Positions 1 to 9,570 of a stretch of DNA of 48,250 nt are shown here, piece after piece. Source of the stretch: Candidatus Woesearchaeota archaeon (GTDB lineage Archaea > Nanobdellota > Nanobdellia > Woesearchaeales > UBA12501); contig JACPCA010000008.1 of NCBI GenBank assembly GCA_016180035.1, positions 1 through 48,250 on the forward strand. The letters run 5' to 3'. The notes under the pieces were generated by a model. It saw nothing but the letters and a program-made list of their open reading frames with translations, searched no databases and was not told where the DNA came from. Positions within the stretch are counted from its first letter, which is position 1. Each line of letters begins with the position of its first letter. Both the position numbers and the translations under genes were made by a program.

Positions 1-218
1 AATGCCCGGTCTTTCCAGCCAATGCACGGATACTCGGTGGACGGTCGAATAGTAAACGCGAACGGAGCGCAGCAGCGCCGCCCATTTCAGGAGGAGAATG
101 GCACTGCTGCGCTCCATTCACATATAGAATCGGCCATGAAACCGAGTCTTCAGCCATCGTCCTGGAACGGATGACTTCGCTAGGCAGCAGTGCCATTCCC
201 TACATTCGGGACAGAGCC
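1..218. mobile_element. MITE family A, copy truncated by window edge
   Basis: Long near-identical segments shared with 17944-18207; same right end ATTCGGGACAGAGCC; internal IR GAATGGCACTGCTGC (96-110)/GCAGCAGTGCCATTC (184-198); followed by 9-mer AAAAGAAGC (219-227). Confidence 0.8.
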
Positions 219-227
219 AAAAGAAGC

Positions 228-443
228 GGCTCTGTAGAAAGTCTGCACTGCCGCCAATTTGTGAGCCCCTACTATACCTTGTTTTAGCCCGTTGCAGGGG
301 GTTGTCTCCTTGCGAGATGCCAAAAATCCGCAGATTTTTGAGCATCCCTTACGGGGATGCAGGGCTCTCGATTAAAAAACAAGGGGCGAACCCAGCGGCA
401 GTCGAGCAAAACGAAGTTTTGCGAGAAGACTTTTTACAGAGCA
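228..443. mobile_element. MITE with GGCTCTGTAG-type ends and 9-bp target duplication
   Basis: TIR GCTCTGTAGAAAGTCT (229-244)/AGACTTTTTACAGAGC (427-442), one mismatch; flanked by AAAAGAAGC at 219-227 and 444-452; nested internal stems (ACTGCCGC/GCGGCAGT, CCTTGTTTT/AAAACAAGG) and small hairpins. Confidence 0.8.
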
Positions 444-501
444 AAAAGAAGCGCAACATTTAAAATCAGCAGCGAGTTAAACATCCAAAAAGAGGTGTGT
501 C

Positions 502-2016
502 ATGGCTCAGGCGTATCTAAACTATATCGGCGGCCAGTGGGTGCCGTCATCTTCAGGCCAGACCTTTGAGAGCAGGAATCCTGCCAACCCAGCTGATAGT
601 CTAGGCTCCTTCCAGAAGAGCACGCCGAAGGACATGAAAGAGGCGATTGATGCTGCCGAGCGCGCCTATCCCGACTGGAGCAGGATGCCGCCGCCAAAGC
701 GGGGAGAGATCCTTCTGAAGGCAGCAGAGCTGCTGCGGCAGAACAAGCACCGGCTCGGCCAGCTGGTAACTAGAGAGATGGGCAAGCAGATCAAGGAAGG
801 GCTTGGCGACGTGCAGGAAGCCATTGACATTGCAGAATATGTGGCAGGAGAGGGCCGGCGCCTGTACGGGCATACTACGACGTCAGAACTGCCGGACAAG
901 TTCTGTATGACGATCCGCAGGCCTGTCGGCATTGCCGGGCTCATCACGCCATGGAATTTTCCGATTGCCATCCCTGCCTGGAAGCTCCTGATGGCCCTGA
1001 TCTGCGGCAACAGCGTCGTTCTCAAGCCATCTTCAGACACGCCATTGTGCGCCATCGAGCTCGTCAAGATCCTGGACCAGGCAGGCGTTCCAAAAGGGGT
1101 TGTCAATCTTGTCGCAGGCAGTGGGAGCGAGCTTGGCGATGCCCTGGTCATGGACCCGAGAGTGAGGGTGGTCTCCTTCACCGGCTCCAAGGCAGTGGCA
1201 GAGCACGTTATTCGCTCCGCTGGCTTAAAAAAAGTCGGCATCGAATCTGGGGGAAAGAACGCGATCATCGTCATGGACGACGCTGACCTTCTTCTTGCTG
1301 TTGATGGCGTGGTGTGGGGAGCTTTCGGCACCACGGGGCAGCGGTGCACTGCCTGCTCCAGAGTCATCATCCACCAAAAAGTCCAGAAGGCATTTGAAAA
1401 GATGCTGCTTGACAGGCTCCGAAAGCTCAAGGTCGGCGACGGGATGGCGTGTGATGTCGGCCCTCTGGTGAACCAGCAGGCCCTGGATAAGGTTGCCAAG
1501 TATGTGGAGATCGGAAAAAGCCAAGGAGCAAAGCTGCTCTGCGGCGGGAGGCCTATCAAGAAAGCAGGCTATTTTTTTGAGCTGACCGTCTTCACCAATG
1601 TCAAGCCATCGATGAGGATCGCCCAGGAAGAGATATTCGGACCGGTCCTGTCCATTATCCCGGTGGTGTCATTTGAGGAAGCTGTCCGCGTGTGCAACAA
1701 CACCGAGTACGGCCTCAGCTCCGCCATATACACGGCAGATATCAACAAGGCGTTCAAGGCGATGGAGCATATCGAAACTGGGATCACCTACCTCAATTCC
1801 AGCACGATCGGCGCAGAAGTCCACCTGCCCTTTGGCGGGGTGAAAGGGACTGGGAATGGGACGCGCGAGGCAGGCATCGAGGGCATCCATGAATTTTCTG
1901 AAACAAAGACCGTGTATGTTGATTATAGCGGAAAGCTTCAGAAAGCGCAGATTGACACTGTTGAAGCCAAGCGCATGGCAGGCCATGCCGGCAGCAAGAA
2001 GAGAGTGAAGCGATGA
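502..2016 (+). CDS. NAD(P)-dependent aldehyde dehydrogenase family protein
   Basis: ITPWNFP, LKPS, FTGS, ESGGKN, catalytic GQRCTA, EEIFGPV, YGLSSAI and PFGG motifs; 504 aa. Confidence 0.95.
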   Translation: MAQAYLNYIGGQWVPSSSGQTFESRNPANPADSLGSFQKSTPKDMKEAIDAAERAYPDWSRMPPPKRGEILLKAAELLRQNKHRLGQLVTREMGKQIKEGLGDVQEAIDIAEYVAGEGRRLYGHTTTSELPDKFCMTIRRPVGIAGLITPWNFPIAIPAWKLLMALICGNSVVLKPSSDTPLCAIELVKILDQAGVPKGVVNLVAGSGSELGDALVMDPRVRVVSFTGSKAVAEHVIRSAGLKKVGIESGGKNAIIVMDDADLLLAVDGVVWGAFGTTGQRCTACSRVIIHQKVQKAFEKMLLDRLRKLKVGDGMACDVGPLVNQQALDKVAKYVEIGKSQGAKLLCGGRPIKKAGYFFELTVFTNVKPSMRIAQEEIFGPVLSIIPVVSFEEAVRVCNNTEYGLSSAIYTADINKAFKAMEHIETGITYLNSSTIGAEVHLPFGGVKGTGNGTREAGIEGIHEFSETKTVYVDYSGKLQKAQIDTVEAKRMAGHAGSKKRVKR

Positions 2017-3434
2017 AAGGCCAGAATCCCGCATTTGGCTGCCGCGTTCCGGGAAAGCTGTCTCTTGAGTACATCCGAAGAGATACCCGAGTCGTCTCGC
2101 CATCGTACAGCAGGGAGTACTCGTTTGTCTATAAGAAAGCAAGAGATGTCTGGCTGTGGGATGTGGACGGCAACAAGTATCTCGACTGCGCCGCTGGCAT
2201 CGCGGTCATGAACGTCGGCCACACGAATCCTGACGTCGTGAAAGCGATCAGGGAGCAGGCAGGAAGAGGATTGCATGCGGGCTTTCCAGATTTCTATGCC
2301 GAGCTTCCCGTGCGATTCTGCGAAGAGCTTGTCAAGCACATGCCGGACGCGTCCATGAACAAGGTCTTCCTGTCCAATTCCGGAACAGAATCTGTCGAGT
2401 GCGCCTACAAGCTGGCGCGGTGGCATACGAAAAAGAAATGGTTTATCGCGTTCGATAACTGCTTCCATGGCAGGACGATGGGCTCGTTATCCATGACGAA
2501 CTCCAAGCCTGTCCAGCGCGAGCGCTTCGGGCCGTTCCTGCCGGTCAAGCACACGCCCTACCCGAACCCGTACCGATGGGGAGATGGGCATTTGGGAAAC
2601 GGGCAGAGCGGTGGAAGAGATAGTGACAGGCACAGCAGTGGCAGGAACAGAGATGTTTCTCCAGAACAATGCAGCAGCGAGGCGCTTGCCCTGCTGGAGA
2701 AAGCTATGAGATCAACAAAAGGAAACCTTGCCGGCATCATGGCAGAGCCTATCCAGGGAGAAGGCGGCTATATTGTCCCGCCAAAGAATTTTTTTAAAGG
2801 CGTCAAGAGATTATGTGAGGAGCATGGCGCGCTGTTCTGCTGTGACGAGGTCCAGGCAGGAGCGTACCGCACCGGATCCTTCTTGTCCATCAGCAACTTT
2901 GGCGTCACGCCCGACATCGTGAGCATGGCAAAGGGCATCGGCGGCGGAGTCCCAATCGGCGCCACCGTTGCCTCTCCTAAGATTATGGATTGGGGGCCTG
3001 GAAGCCACTCCAACACGTTTGGCGGAAATCTGCTGTCCTGCGCCGGAGGCATTGCTGCGTTACGATATATGGACAAGCACAAGCTTGGAGAGAATGCCAA
3101 GCGTGTCGGGGCGTACCTCCTGTCCCGCCTCAAAAGACTGGAGGACGATCATTGTATCATTGGCGACGTGCGCGGCATCGGCCTCATGATCGGCGTAGAG
3201 CTGGTCAAGAACAGGGACACCAAGCAGCCGCTCTCGCCTAATAGCCTGAACATCATCCTGTGCGAGGCGATGAAGCACGGCCTGCTCCTTCTTCCCTGCG
3301 GGAAAAACTCAATCCGATTCTGCCCGCCGCTCACGATGACAAAACAGCATGCGGATCTTGCCGTGCTCCTGCTGGATGCGGCCCTCACGAGCTGCAAGAA
3401 GCAGGATAGTGCACGAAGCGGTACACAACAATGA
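2013..3434 (+). CDS. Class III PLP-dependent aminotransferase (4-aminobutyrate/ornithine type)
   Basis: DVDGNKYLD, NSGTESVE, FHGRT, EPIQGEGG, DEVQ, MAKGIGGG (PLP Lys), HSNTFGGN, DVRGIGLM; ATGA overlap with ALDH stop. Confidence 0.93.
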   Translation: MKGQNPAFGCRVPGKLSLEYIRRDTRVVSPSYSREYSFVYKKARDVWLWDVDGNKYLDCAAGIAVMNVGHTNPDVVKAIREQAGRGLHAGFPDFYAELPVRFCEELVKHMPDASMNKVFLSNSGTESVECAYKLARWHTKKKWFIAFDNCFHGRTMGSLSMTNSKPVQRERFGPFLPVKHTPYPNPYRWGDGHLGNGQSGGRDSDRHSSGRNRDVSPEQCSSEALALLEKAMRSTKGNLAGIMAEPIQGEGGYIVPPKNFFKGVKRLCEEHGALFCCDEVQAGAYRTGSFLSISNFGVTPDIVSMAKGIGGGVPIGATVASPKIMDWGPGSHSNTFGGNLLSCAGGIAALRYMDKHKLGENAKRVGAYLLSRLKRLEDDHCIIGDVRGIGLMIGVELVKNRDTKQPLSPNSLNIILCEAMKHGLLLLPCGKNSIRFCPPLTMTKQHADLAVLLLDAALTSCKKQDSARSGTQQ

Positions 3435-4405
3435 CCTCTCTTCACCTCCTCCAGCAGTTGTGCAACACGATCGGCCCAAGCGGCGCCGAGGGAAATGTGC
3501 GGAAGATGATCGCAAAAGAGATCAAGCCGTACGTTGATGCCATCTCGGTCGATAAGTTCGGCAATCTCATCGCCCACAAGGTCAAGAGCGTGCAGGACAA
3601 CGGCCAGCTCACCTTTTCTGTGATCGGCGGCGTTGACCCTGTCGTCCTCATCGGGCACACGGCATCCGTGCTGAATTCCAAGAATCAGGTGGCCTGCAAG
3701 GGGGTCATCACGTTTGAGGAGCTCCATGAAGACCTTGAAGTCACCGGCATGCCGAAGCTCGGCGACCTGTACATTGACACCGGGCTGAAAAAAGAAGAGC
3801 TGAAAGCCCTGGACATCGGCGCAGGAAGCTATGTCGTCTTCACGCACCATTTCACCACGCTCGGCAGCGAGAAGATCATCTCCGGCAAGGCGTTGGATGA
3901 CCGGATCGGCTGCTACATCCTCATCGAGGTCGCCAAGAGGCTGAAAAGCGTGAATCAGGATGTCTATTACGTTTTCACCGTGCAGGAAGAGATCGGCCTG
4001 TACGGCTCAAAAGTGTCAGCCTACAATGTCGAGCCGGACTGGGGCATTGCTATTGATGTCACCAACGCAGACGATTCCAGCGAAAAAAATCTTATCAACA
4101 TGGGCAAGGGGCCTGTCGTGGTGCTGATGGATGCGGAGATCATCACGACCAGATGCATTGATGAGTGGCTCAAGGCAGTGGCCAAGAAGCACAAGATCCC
4201 GCTCCAGCTGAAGGTTGATGAGGTCGGAACCACCGACGCCACGCAGATCATGCTGCACAAGGAGGGCACGCCGTCGTCTGTTCTTGGCGTCGCTGTCCGG
4301 AACCTGCACTCCTCGGTCGGCATCGCCCACACCGACGATATTGCCAACGCCATCCAGCTGGTGTATGAGCTGCTGAAGAATCCTCCCAATATTTGCATTG
4401 AATAA
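3431..4405 (+). CDS. M42 family (TET-like) peptidase lacking the HxDE metal-binding segment; possibly inactive
   Basis: DKFGN, IGGVDP, YIDTG, KALDDRIG, VQEEIG, IDV, GTTDA and LHS motifs present; the usual AHMDEIG segment is absent between AHK and VKSV. Confidence 0.85.
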   Translation: MTSLHLLQQLCNTIGPSGAEGNVRKMIAKEIKPYVDAISVDKFGNLIAHKVKSVQDNGQLTFSVIGGVDPVVLIGHTASVLNSKNQVACKGVITFEELHEDLEVTGMPKLGDLYIDTGLKKEELKALDIGAGSYVVFTHHFTTLGSEKIISGKALDDRIGCYILIEVAKRLKSVNQDVYYVFTVQEEIGLYGSKVSAYNVEPDWGIAIDVTNADDSSEKNLINMGKGPVVVLMDAEIITTRCIDEWLKAVAKKHKIPLQLKVDEVGTTDATQIMLHKEGTPSSVLGVAVRNLHSSVGIAHTDDIANAIQLVYELLKNPPNICIE

Positions 4406-4457
4406 GAAAGAAGTGAATAAGAAAGAAGTTGCGATGACCAAACAATAAGGTGGAATC

Positions 4458-5573
4458 ATGCTCGCGAAATCCATCATCTGCATCAACTGCAAGAAGGAGT
4501 TCTCCCCCTCTCTGGTCGTGTACGAGTGCGAGGAATGCGGCGGGCCAGTGGATATCATGTATGACTACGAAAAGATCAAAAAGCACCTGATCACCAGCCT
4601 GTTCTACCAGCAGAAGCCGACCCATTGGAAGTACCACCTGTTCTACCCGATCGAGGATCTCGACAAGAGAGTGACACTGGACGAGGGCGGCACGCCGCTT
4701 CTTCCATCAGTCCGGCAGAAGGGGTATTTCTTCAAGATCGAAGGGCAAAACCCGACAGGATCGTTCAAGGACAGGGGCAGTACTGTCGAAATAAGCAAGG
4801 CGGTCGAGCTCGGTGTGGCAGAAGTGGCGTGCGCGACCACCGGCAACATGGGATCGTCGGTCGCAACGTACTGCGCCCGCGCAGGCTTGAAATGTTCTAT
4901 CTATCTCCCCTCGTTCGCGCCAAAAAACAAGGTGCTGCAGATCCGCATGATGACAGACTCCGTGCATATCGTCAAGGGAACGTATGAGGATGCGCTGCGC
5001 AAGACGAAAGAGCTGCGGAAGAAGAAGCATGTCTACCTCACCGGCGATTATGCCTACCGCGGCGAGGGAGAAAAGTCCGTTGGGTTTGAAATCCTTGACC
5101 AGCTCAACTGGAACGTGCCGGACTATATCGTGCTGCCGGTCGGCAATGCGACCCTGTTTTCTGCAACGTACAAGGCATGCATGGAGATGAAACAGGTCGG
5201 GCTGATTTCCAAGCTGCCGCGGCTGGTGGCAGTGCAGTCCGCCGGGTGCAAGCCGCTGGTTGACGCGTTTGAGAAAGGCATGCATCACATCCCCTTAGTA
5301 AAACAGCCGCAGACGCTTGCTTCAGCTATCGCGTGCGGCAATCCTGTTGATGGCCTGAAGGCCCTGATCGCGCTGAAGAAGACGCGCGGGCTTGCGGTTG
5401 CCGTGAAGGACAGCGAGATCCTCAACGCCCGCGAAGAGCTTGCCCGCCATGAAGGGATCTTCGTCGAGCCCTCCGGCGCCGTGTCCTACGCAGGGGCGAA
5501 GAAGCTGCATCTGGATGGAAAAGTTGTTTGTGTCCTCACTGGGCATGGGCTGAAGGATGCGGAGAAGTATTGA
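4458..5573 (+). CDS. thrC: Threonine synthase
   Basis: N-terminal CxxC..CxxC, EGGTPL, NPTGSFKDRG (PLP Lys), TTGNMG, PVGNA, EPSGA, TGHGLKD. Confidence 0.88.
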   Translation: MLAKSIICINCKKEFSPSLVVYECEECGGPVDIMYDYEKIKKHLITSLFYQQKPTHWKYHLFYPIEDLDKRVTLDEGGTPLLPSVRQKGYFFKIEGQNPTGSFKDRGSTVEISKAVELGVAEVACATTGNMGSSVATYCARAGLKCSIYLPSFAPKNKVLQIRMMTDSVHIVKGTYEDALRKTKELRKKKHVYLTGDYAYRGEGEKSVGFEILDQLNWNVPDYIVLPVGNATLFSATYKACMEMKQVGLISKLPRLVAVQSAGCKPLVDAFEKGMHHIPLVKQPQTLASAIACGNPVDGLKALIALKKTRGLAVAVKDSEILNAREELARHEGIFVEPSGAVSYAGAKKLHLDGKVVCVLTGHGLKDAEKY

Positions 5574-5648
5574 ACGCTGTATGGGAAGGTAGTATAAGTA
5601 ATCGGCGGTAAGGTAGATATAATTGCAGGGTATAAGAAGTAATCAAGT

Positions 5649-7099
5649 TTACCTCTCATACCTCACCACCTTCTCCGTAAATCCCCGAACATCATCGGCT
5701 GTCTTGCCGGGAAAGGCCTCCATTTTCAGGACACGGTCGCTCTCGAGCTGGAAGGCAACGGTGCCAACAAGATAATCACTGTTTTTTGCTGACAATTTCG
5801 CAAAGCGTATCTCATCCCACAGTTCTCCTGACTCCGTATAATATTTTGTCTCCGCAAGGCCGTACACGACCATCCCTTTTTCTTTGTTGACTGACTCGGG
5901 GGCTGGAGCATTCCCTCGGACACTGAATGCTTGTGGAGAGCCGCCAAAATTGCCGATGGAAACCTGGATCTGTGACGGGTCGATGTGGTCATAGACAATG
6001 CTCAAGTCATCCTGCCAATACTGGGAGTTGGATGCATCACGCCCTATCCTGCGCCAGTTGCCAAGCAGTGTCCCGTCCTTGTCATACATGATCTTTCCGC
6101 CATATGGCTCTGTCATCTTGATATTTTTTGCGAGGAGAGCTGACCGGAGCGGCTCTGCAAGGTAATCAAAGGTATCCACCGTGTACAACGTCCATGTCTG
6201 AGTGTGCTCTGGAGCGATAAACTTGTTCTTGATACTGGTATCCATAATCTGGAAGTCAAACGAATGCGGGCCGACCGTGCCGATGGCCTGGCCTTTCTTG
6301 ACAGGAATTCTGGGAAAGGCATTAGGGTGCTGGCTCTCCGCGTTTCGGAATTCCACCTTCGCTTCAATGTCTGGAGCAAGCGTATCGATGTGGATAAGGC
6401 GGGTGTAGAAGGTGCAGGAATGCTCGAAAAAGACAAGGTAATTATTGATGTAGGGCTGGTCCTGATAGTTTATCTCGACCGGCTCTTTGAACAGCTCAAT
6501 ATTGATGATGTAGCCATCAGCAGGGGCTCGGACCTCGTAGCGATACGGGTCATCCGTCACGAGCGACTTGCTTTTAGTCTCTTTTGGGATAATGTACTGG
6601 TGGTCGGTCGGTGTCACGTGAGAATTCTGAACTCGGCCCATCGGGACGATAAGCTCTATATTTCCAACATCAAGCGGGAATGTGTCGAGCTTGAACGAAC
6701 CATTCCCTTCACACCATTGAGTGAGAATGCCGCGCTGCTGGCCGTCCGAAGGGGATGGCTGCGAAGATGGCTGCTGATGGTCACCAAGCTCGCCAAGATA
6801 TTGGCCTTGTCGTCTTCTGTACGCCCATTTTCTTCGGTATGCCTATTGTTGGCTGCATTTTCCTGCCGGGCAGCATCTTGTTGGGCTGATGGAACAGGAG
6901 GAATCCACTCCCTGCCCTCTCCTTGGCCATCAGCGTGCGGAGCAGAAGTTGGAACACCCCCTGCATCAGCAGGCGCCATCGGCGGCGGAGGCATGAACTT
7001 CGGGAAGGGTGGTGGAGAACAGCCAGGAAGAACAGAGAAAACAACAAGGAGAAGAATGAGGGTGGGGAGGATGGCGTGAAGAATACCTTGTTTGTTCAT
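5649..7099 (-). pseudogene. Exported/lipoprotein-like protein with peptidase M23-like features, split by a frameshift (or sequence error)
   Basis: ORF 7099-6656 carries a signal/lipobox (VLPGC) and a Pro-rich linker. The frame of ORF 6641-5649 stays open upstream to 6842 (..QWCEGNGSFKLDTFPLDVGNIELIVPMG..) with no start of its own. M23-like bits: VRAPADG, HIDTL, VKKGQAIG. Confidence 0.6.
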
Positions 7100-7211
7100 G
7101 GTGCATCATAATCCAAGAAAGAGTATAAAAATGTTGTGGGGTTCGTCACAAACTAGGTTAGGCAGTACCTTACCATACCACTTTATATATCTTCTTCTCT
7201 CCCACTGGAAG

Positions 7212-8399
7212 ATGAGCTCGTCTGAAAAACAAGTCACTATCGTCGGCGCAGGCCCTGTTGGATGCTACCTTGGGCATCTCCTCTCCAAAGAGGGAGTTCC
7301 GACAACTATCATCGAAGACAATGCTGTCATCGGCAGCCCAGAGCAATGTACTGGCCTGTTCAACATCAATCTCGACGAGTTCATCAAGCCAAAGAAGGAC
7401 CATGTGCTCAACATGATCAAGGGCGCTGCGCTGTGCTGCGGCAAAGCATCAGTAGAGATCAAGGCAAAAGAAGAGAAAGCGTATGTGTATGACCGCATCA
7501 AGTTTGACCAGTACCTTGCCAGCCTTGCCATGGCATCCGGTGCAGCCATCCTGACCAAGACGCGCTTTGCCAGCTACACGAACCATACTGCTGCCGGCCA
7601 CACTGCTGCTGCCAACACCGCCAGGTCTTCAGCAGGGAGAAACAACTCTTCTATCCAGCTTCAGCTTCTGTCAGAAAACAAGCCGATAACCCGCGAGACG
7701 AGCCTGCTGGTCGGCGCTGACGGCCCCAACTCTGCTGTCGCCAAGAGCGCCGGCATCTTCGGCAGCCGCAGGTACTGGATCGGCAACCAGGTCTTCCTGG
7801 CCATGAAAAAGCCGTGGTTCGATAAGGAGCTCGCGTACTTATTTTTTGACAAGAAATATCACGAGGACTTTTTCGCATGGGTTGTTCCGATGGATGAATA
7901 TACAGCAAAGGTCGGCACGGCAAGCTATAAGAACTCCGCAGCATATCTTGGATCATTTCTCAAGGACAAGTTTGCCGGCGCAACGATTATCGGACGGCAA
8001 GGAGGGCTTATCCCCTATTATGATCCTGCCCTTCCATGCCAGAAAGAAAACGATGTTTTTCTCGTCGGTGACGCTGCTTTTCAGGTCAAGGCAACAACCG
8101 GCGGCGGCATCGTGCCGGGCTTCGCAGCTGCGCAACAGCTCAAGGACGCCGTCGCCCATGAAACGTATGATTATGGCAAGCGCATGGCAGCAGTCCGGCG
8201 CAATCTCTGGCTCCATCTGATGATGAGAAAGAAGATGAACAGGTTCTCGGACAAGGATTACGAAGAGCTGATCTCCACGCTCGGCAGGCCGCCTGTCCAC
8301 CGCATCCTTGCCGCGCAGGGGGACAATGATTACCCGCACAAGTTTCTTCTGAAGATGCTGTTCCATGCGCCGTCGCTGATGAAGTTTTGTGTGAAATAA
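7212..8399 (+). CDS. Geranylgeranyl reductase family FAD-dependent oxidoreductase
   Basis: IVGAGPVG, DRIKFD, VGADGPNS, FAWVVP, LVGDAA, TTGGGI; start placed at ATG 7212, downstream of TTTATATA. Confidence 0.9.
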   Translation: MSSSEKQVTIVGAGPVGCYLGHLLSKEGVPTTIIEDNAVIGSPEQCTGLFNINLDEFIKPKKDHVLNMIKGAALCCGKASVEIKAKEEKAYVYDRIKFDQYLASLAMASGAAILTKTRFASYTNHTAAGHTAAANTARSSAGRNNSSIQLQLLSENKPITRETSLLVGADGPNSAVAKSAGIFGSRRYWIGNQVFLAMKKPWFDKELAYLFFDKKYHEDFFAWVVPMDEYTAKVGTASYKNSAAYLGSFLKDKFAGATIIGRQGGLIPYYDPALPCQKENDVFLVGDAAFQVKATTGGGIVPGFAAAQQLKDAVAHETYDYGKRMAAVRRNLWLHLMMRKKMNRFSDKDYEELISTLGRPPVHRILAAQGDNDYPHKFLLKMLFHAPSLMKFCVK

Positions 8400-8449
8400 G
8401 TTCTGTGTGAAATAGCTTAGCCTACCACAAATGTTTGTTAGGCAAAAAA

Positions 8450-8623
8450 TAACAAAACAGGCCAAAGGCCTGTAACGGGTTGCGGCGCCGCCACGCATCG
8501 TTATAACAGTCGTGTCCATTTTTCTTGCTCAACACTGGTGTAGAGCAAGAAAAATGGAATTGATGAGAGGTCTGCAATTGTGGCGGCGCGTGTGTCCCGT
8601 TACCGGCTCTGCCGGTTTTGTTA
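8450..8623. repeat. Dispersed structured palindromic repeat (REPIN-like family C), copy 1
   Basis: TAACAAAAC/GTTTTGTTA ends, terminal mini-hairpins, TAACGGG/CCCGTTA, GCGCCGCCAC/GTGGCGGCGC and a 16-bp apical stem (8515-8530/8543-8558); homologous to 33144-33326 and 38424-38689. Confidence 0.85.
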
Positions 8624-8720
8624 AACGCTCTTGCCGTTAAGAAACACGAAAGAAAGGATAAGAAAATAATTGACCGAGATGACAGCGCAAAAATACCGAT
8701 CAATACCCTTTTAATATCGA

Positions 8721-9554
8721 TCAATACACCTTCAATACCTTTCGCATCCCCATACTGGTGATGATAGAGAAGATGATATACGCCGCAAGCCAGCCTGGCT
8801 GCCAGCCGAAGATGCTGAGCGCACCGAATGGCTTCACCGGCTTGTTCTTGATGATGATCTGAAACACTGCCCCGTCAGGATCGAGATATCCTGCCTTGGA
8901 CGTGTACAGCCAGCCGAAGGCTGATGCAAAAAATCCTTTCTTGCTCTTGATGGTCGGCGAATAATCACGCCAGCTGCTGATCTTGACCTCTTTCGAGTGC
9001 AGCTCGCCGCCGACGTCAAACACGACATCGTATACTCCAGTATCCCCTTGAAGCGTGAACGGCGTCGATCTGCCAGTCACGTTCTTTGCTGCATCACCGA
9101 TGACCGTGATCCCTGTGGGCGGTTCGGCAGTGATCGTGCCGCGAAAGCCTTGCTCAGTAGCAATGACGACATCAAACGGCTCTCCTGCTGCCAATGGAAG
9201 ATACGCAATATTCGCCTGCATCCAGCCAAAGATGAGAAGCAAAGGGATAATGGTATAAAAGGTGGACTTGAACGAGTGTTTCATATATTCCATGTTTTTC
9301 TGCATGAAGACCTTCTGCTTGTCCAGCGCTTTTTTAGGATCGTCTTTCTGGAATTTCTTGACATCCTCCTGCAGCTTCTTCAAGTCCTCCTTGAGGCTTT
9401 TCATGAGCTGCTGGTTCGTCGTCCATTTGTAGACGAGCGTGATGATGGCAGAAAGAACAACGGACAAGATGATAATGCCTAAAAGATAGTTCAGCCTCAG
9501 CACTGGGCCGAGCAAGGCGTTCATGACCGGATCAAGGATGTTCAGAAGCCCCAT
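8721..9554 (-). CDS. DUF106 / EMC3-TMCO1 (Oxa1 superfamily) membrane protein
   Basis: TM1, coiled coil (MKSLKEDLKKLQE), SFKSTFYT, TM2 and WLAAYIIFS..MRKVL; conserved position downstream of secY. Confidence 0.88.
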   Translation of the reverse strand: MGLLNILDPVMNALLGPVLRLNYLLGIIILSVVLSAIITLVYKWTTNQQLMKSLKEDLKKLQEDVKKFQKDDPKKALDKQKVFMQKNMEYMKHSFKSTFYTIIPLLLIFGWMQANIAYLPLAAGEPFDVVIATEQGFRGTITAEPPTGITVIGDAAKNVTGRSTPFTLQGDTGVYDVVFDVGGELHSKEVKISSWRDYSPTIKSKKGFFASAFGWLYTSKAGYLDPDGAVFQIIIKNKPVKPFGALSIFGWQPGWLAAYIIFSIITSMGMRKVLKVY

Positions 9555-9570
9555 CGTCGTATCTCCCCCA

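Noticed and set aside
666..1559. Long antisense ORFs (also 6204-7079, 12446-13198, 14236-15024, 24327-25310, 41119-41922, 43289-44293, 46201-47019)
   Set aside because: Shadow frames opposite well-supported genes, with no recognisable motifs.
6780..6845. BHB-type mRNA intron explaining the frameshift
   Set aside because: No bulge-helix-bulge could be drawn; a single-base indel is simpler.
8450..8623. Family C as integron attC sites (TAAC...GTTA ends)
   Set aside because: The left box does not fit RYYYAAC, the copies do not separate co-oriented cassettes and no integrase is present; not fully excluded without an attC model scan.
8422..8724. Small ORFs over repeat elements (also 118-345, 357-569, 38337-38704, 31538-31729)
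   Set aside because: They coincide with palindromic non-coding elements and lack protein features.
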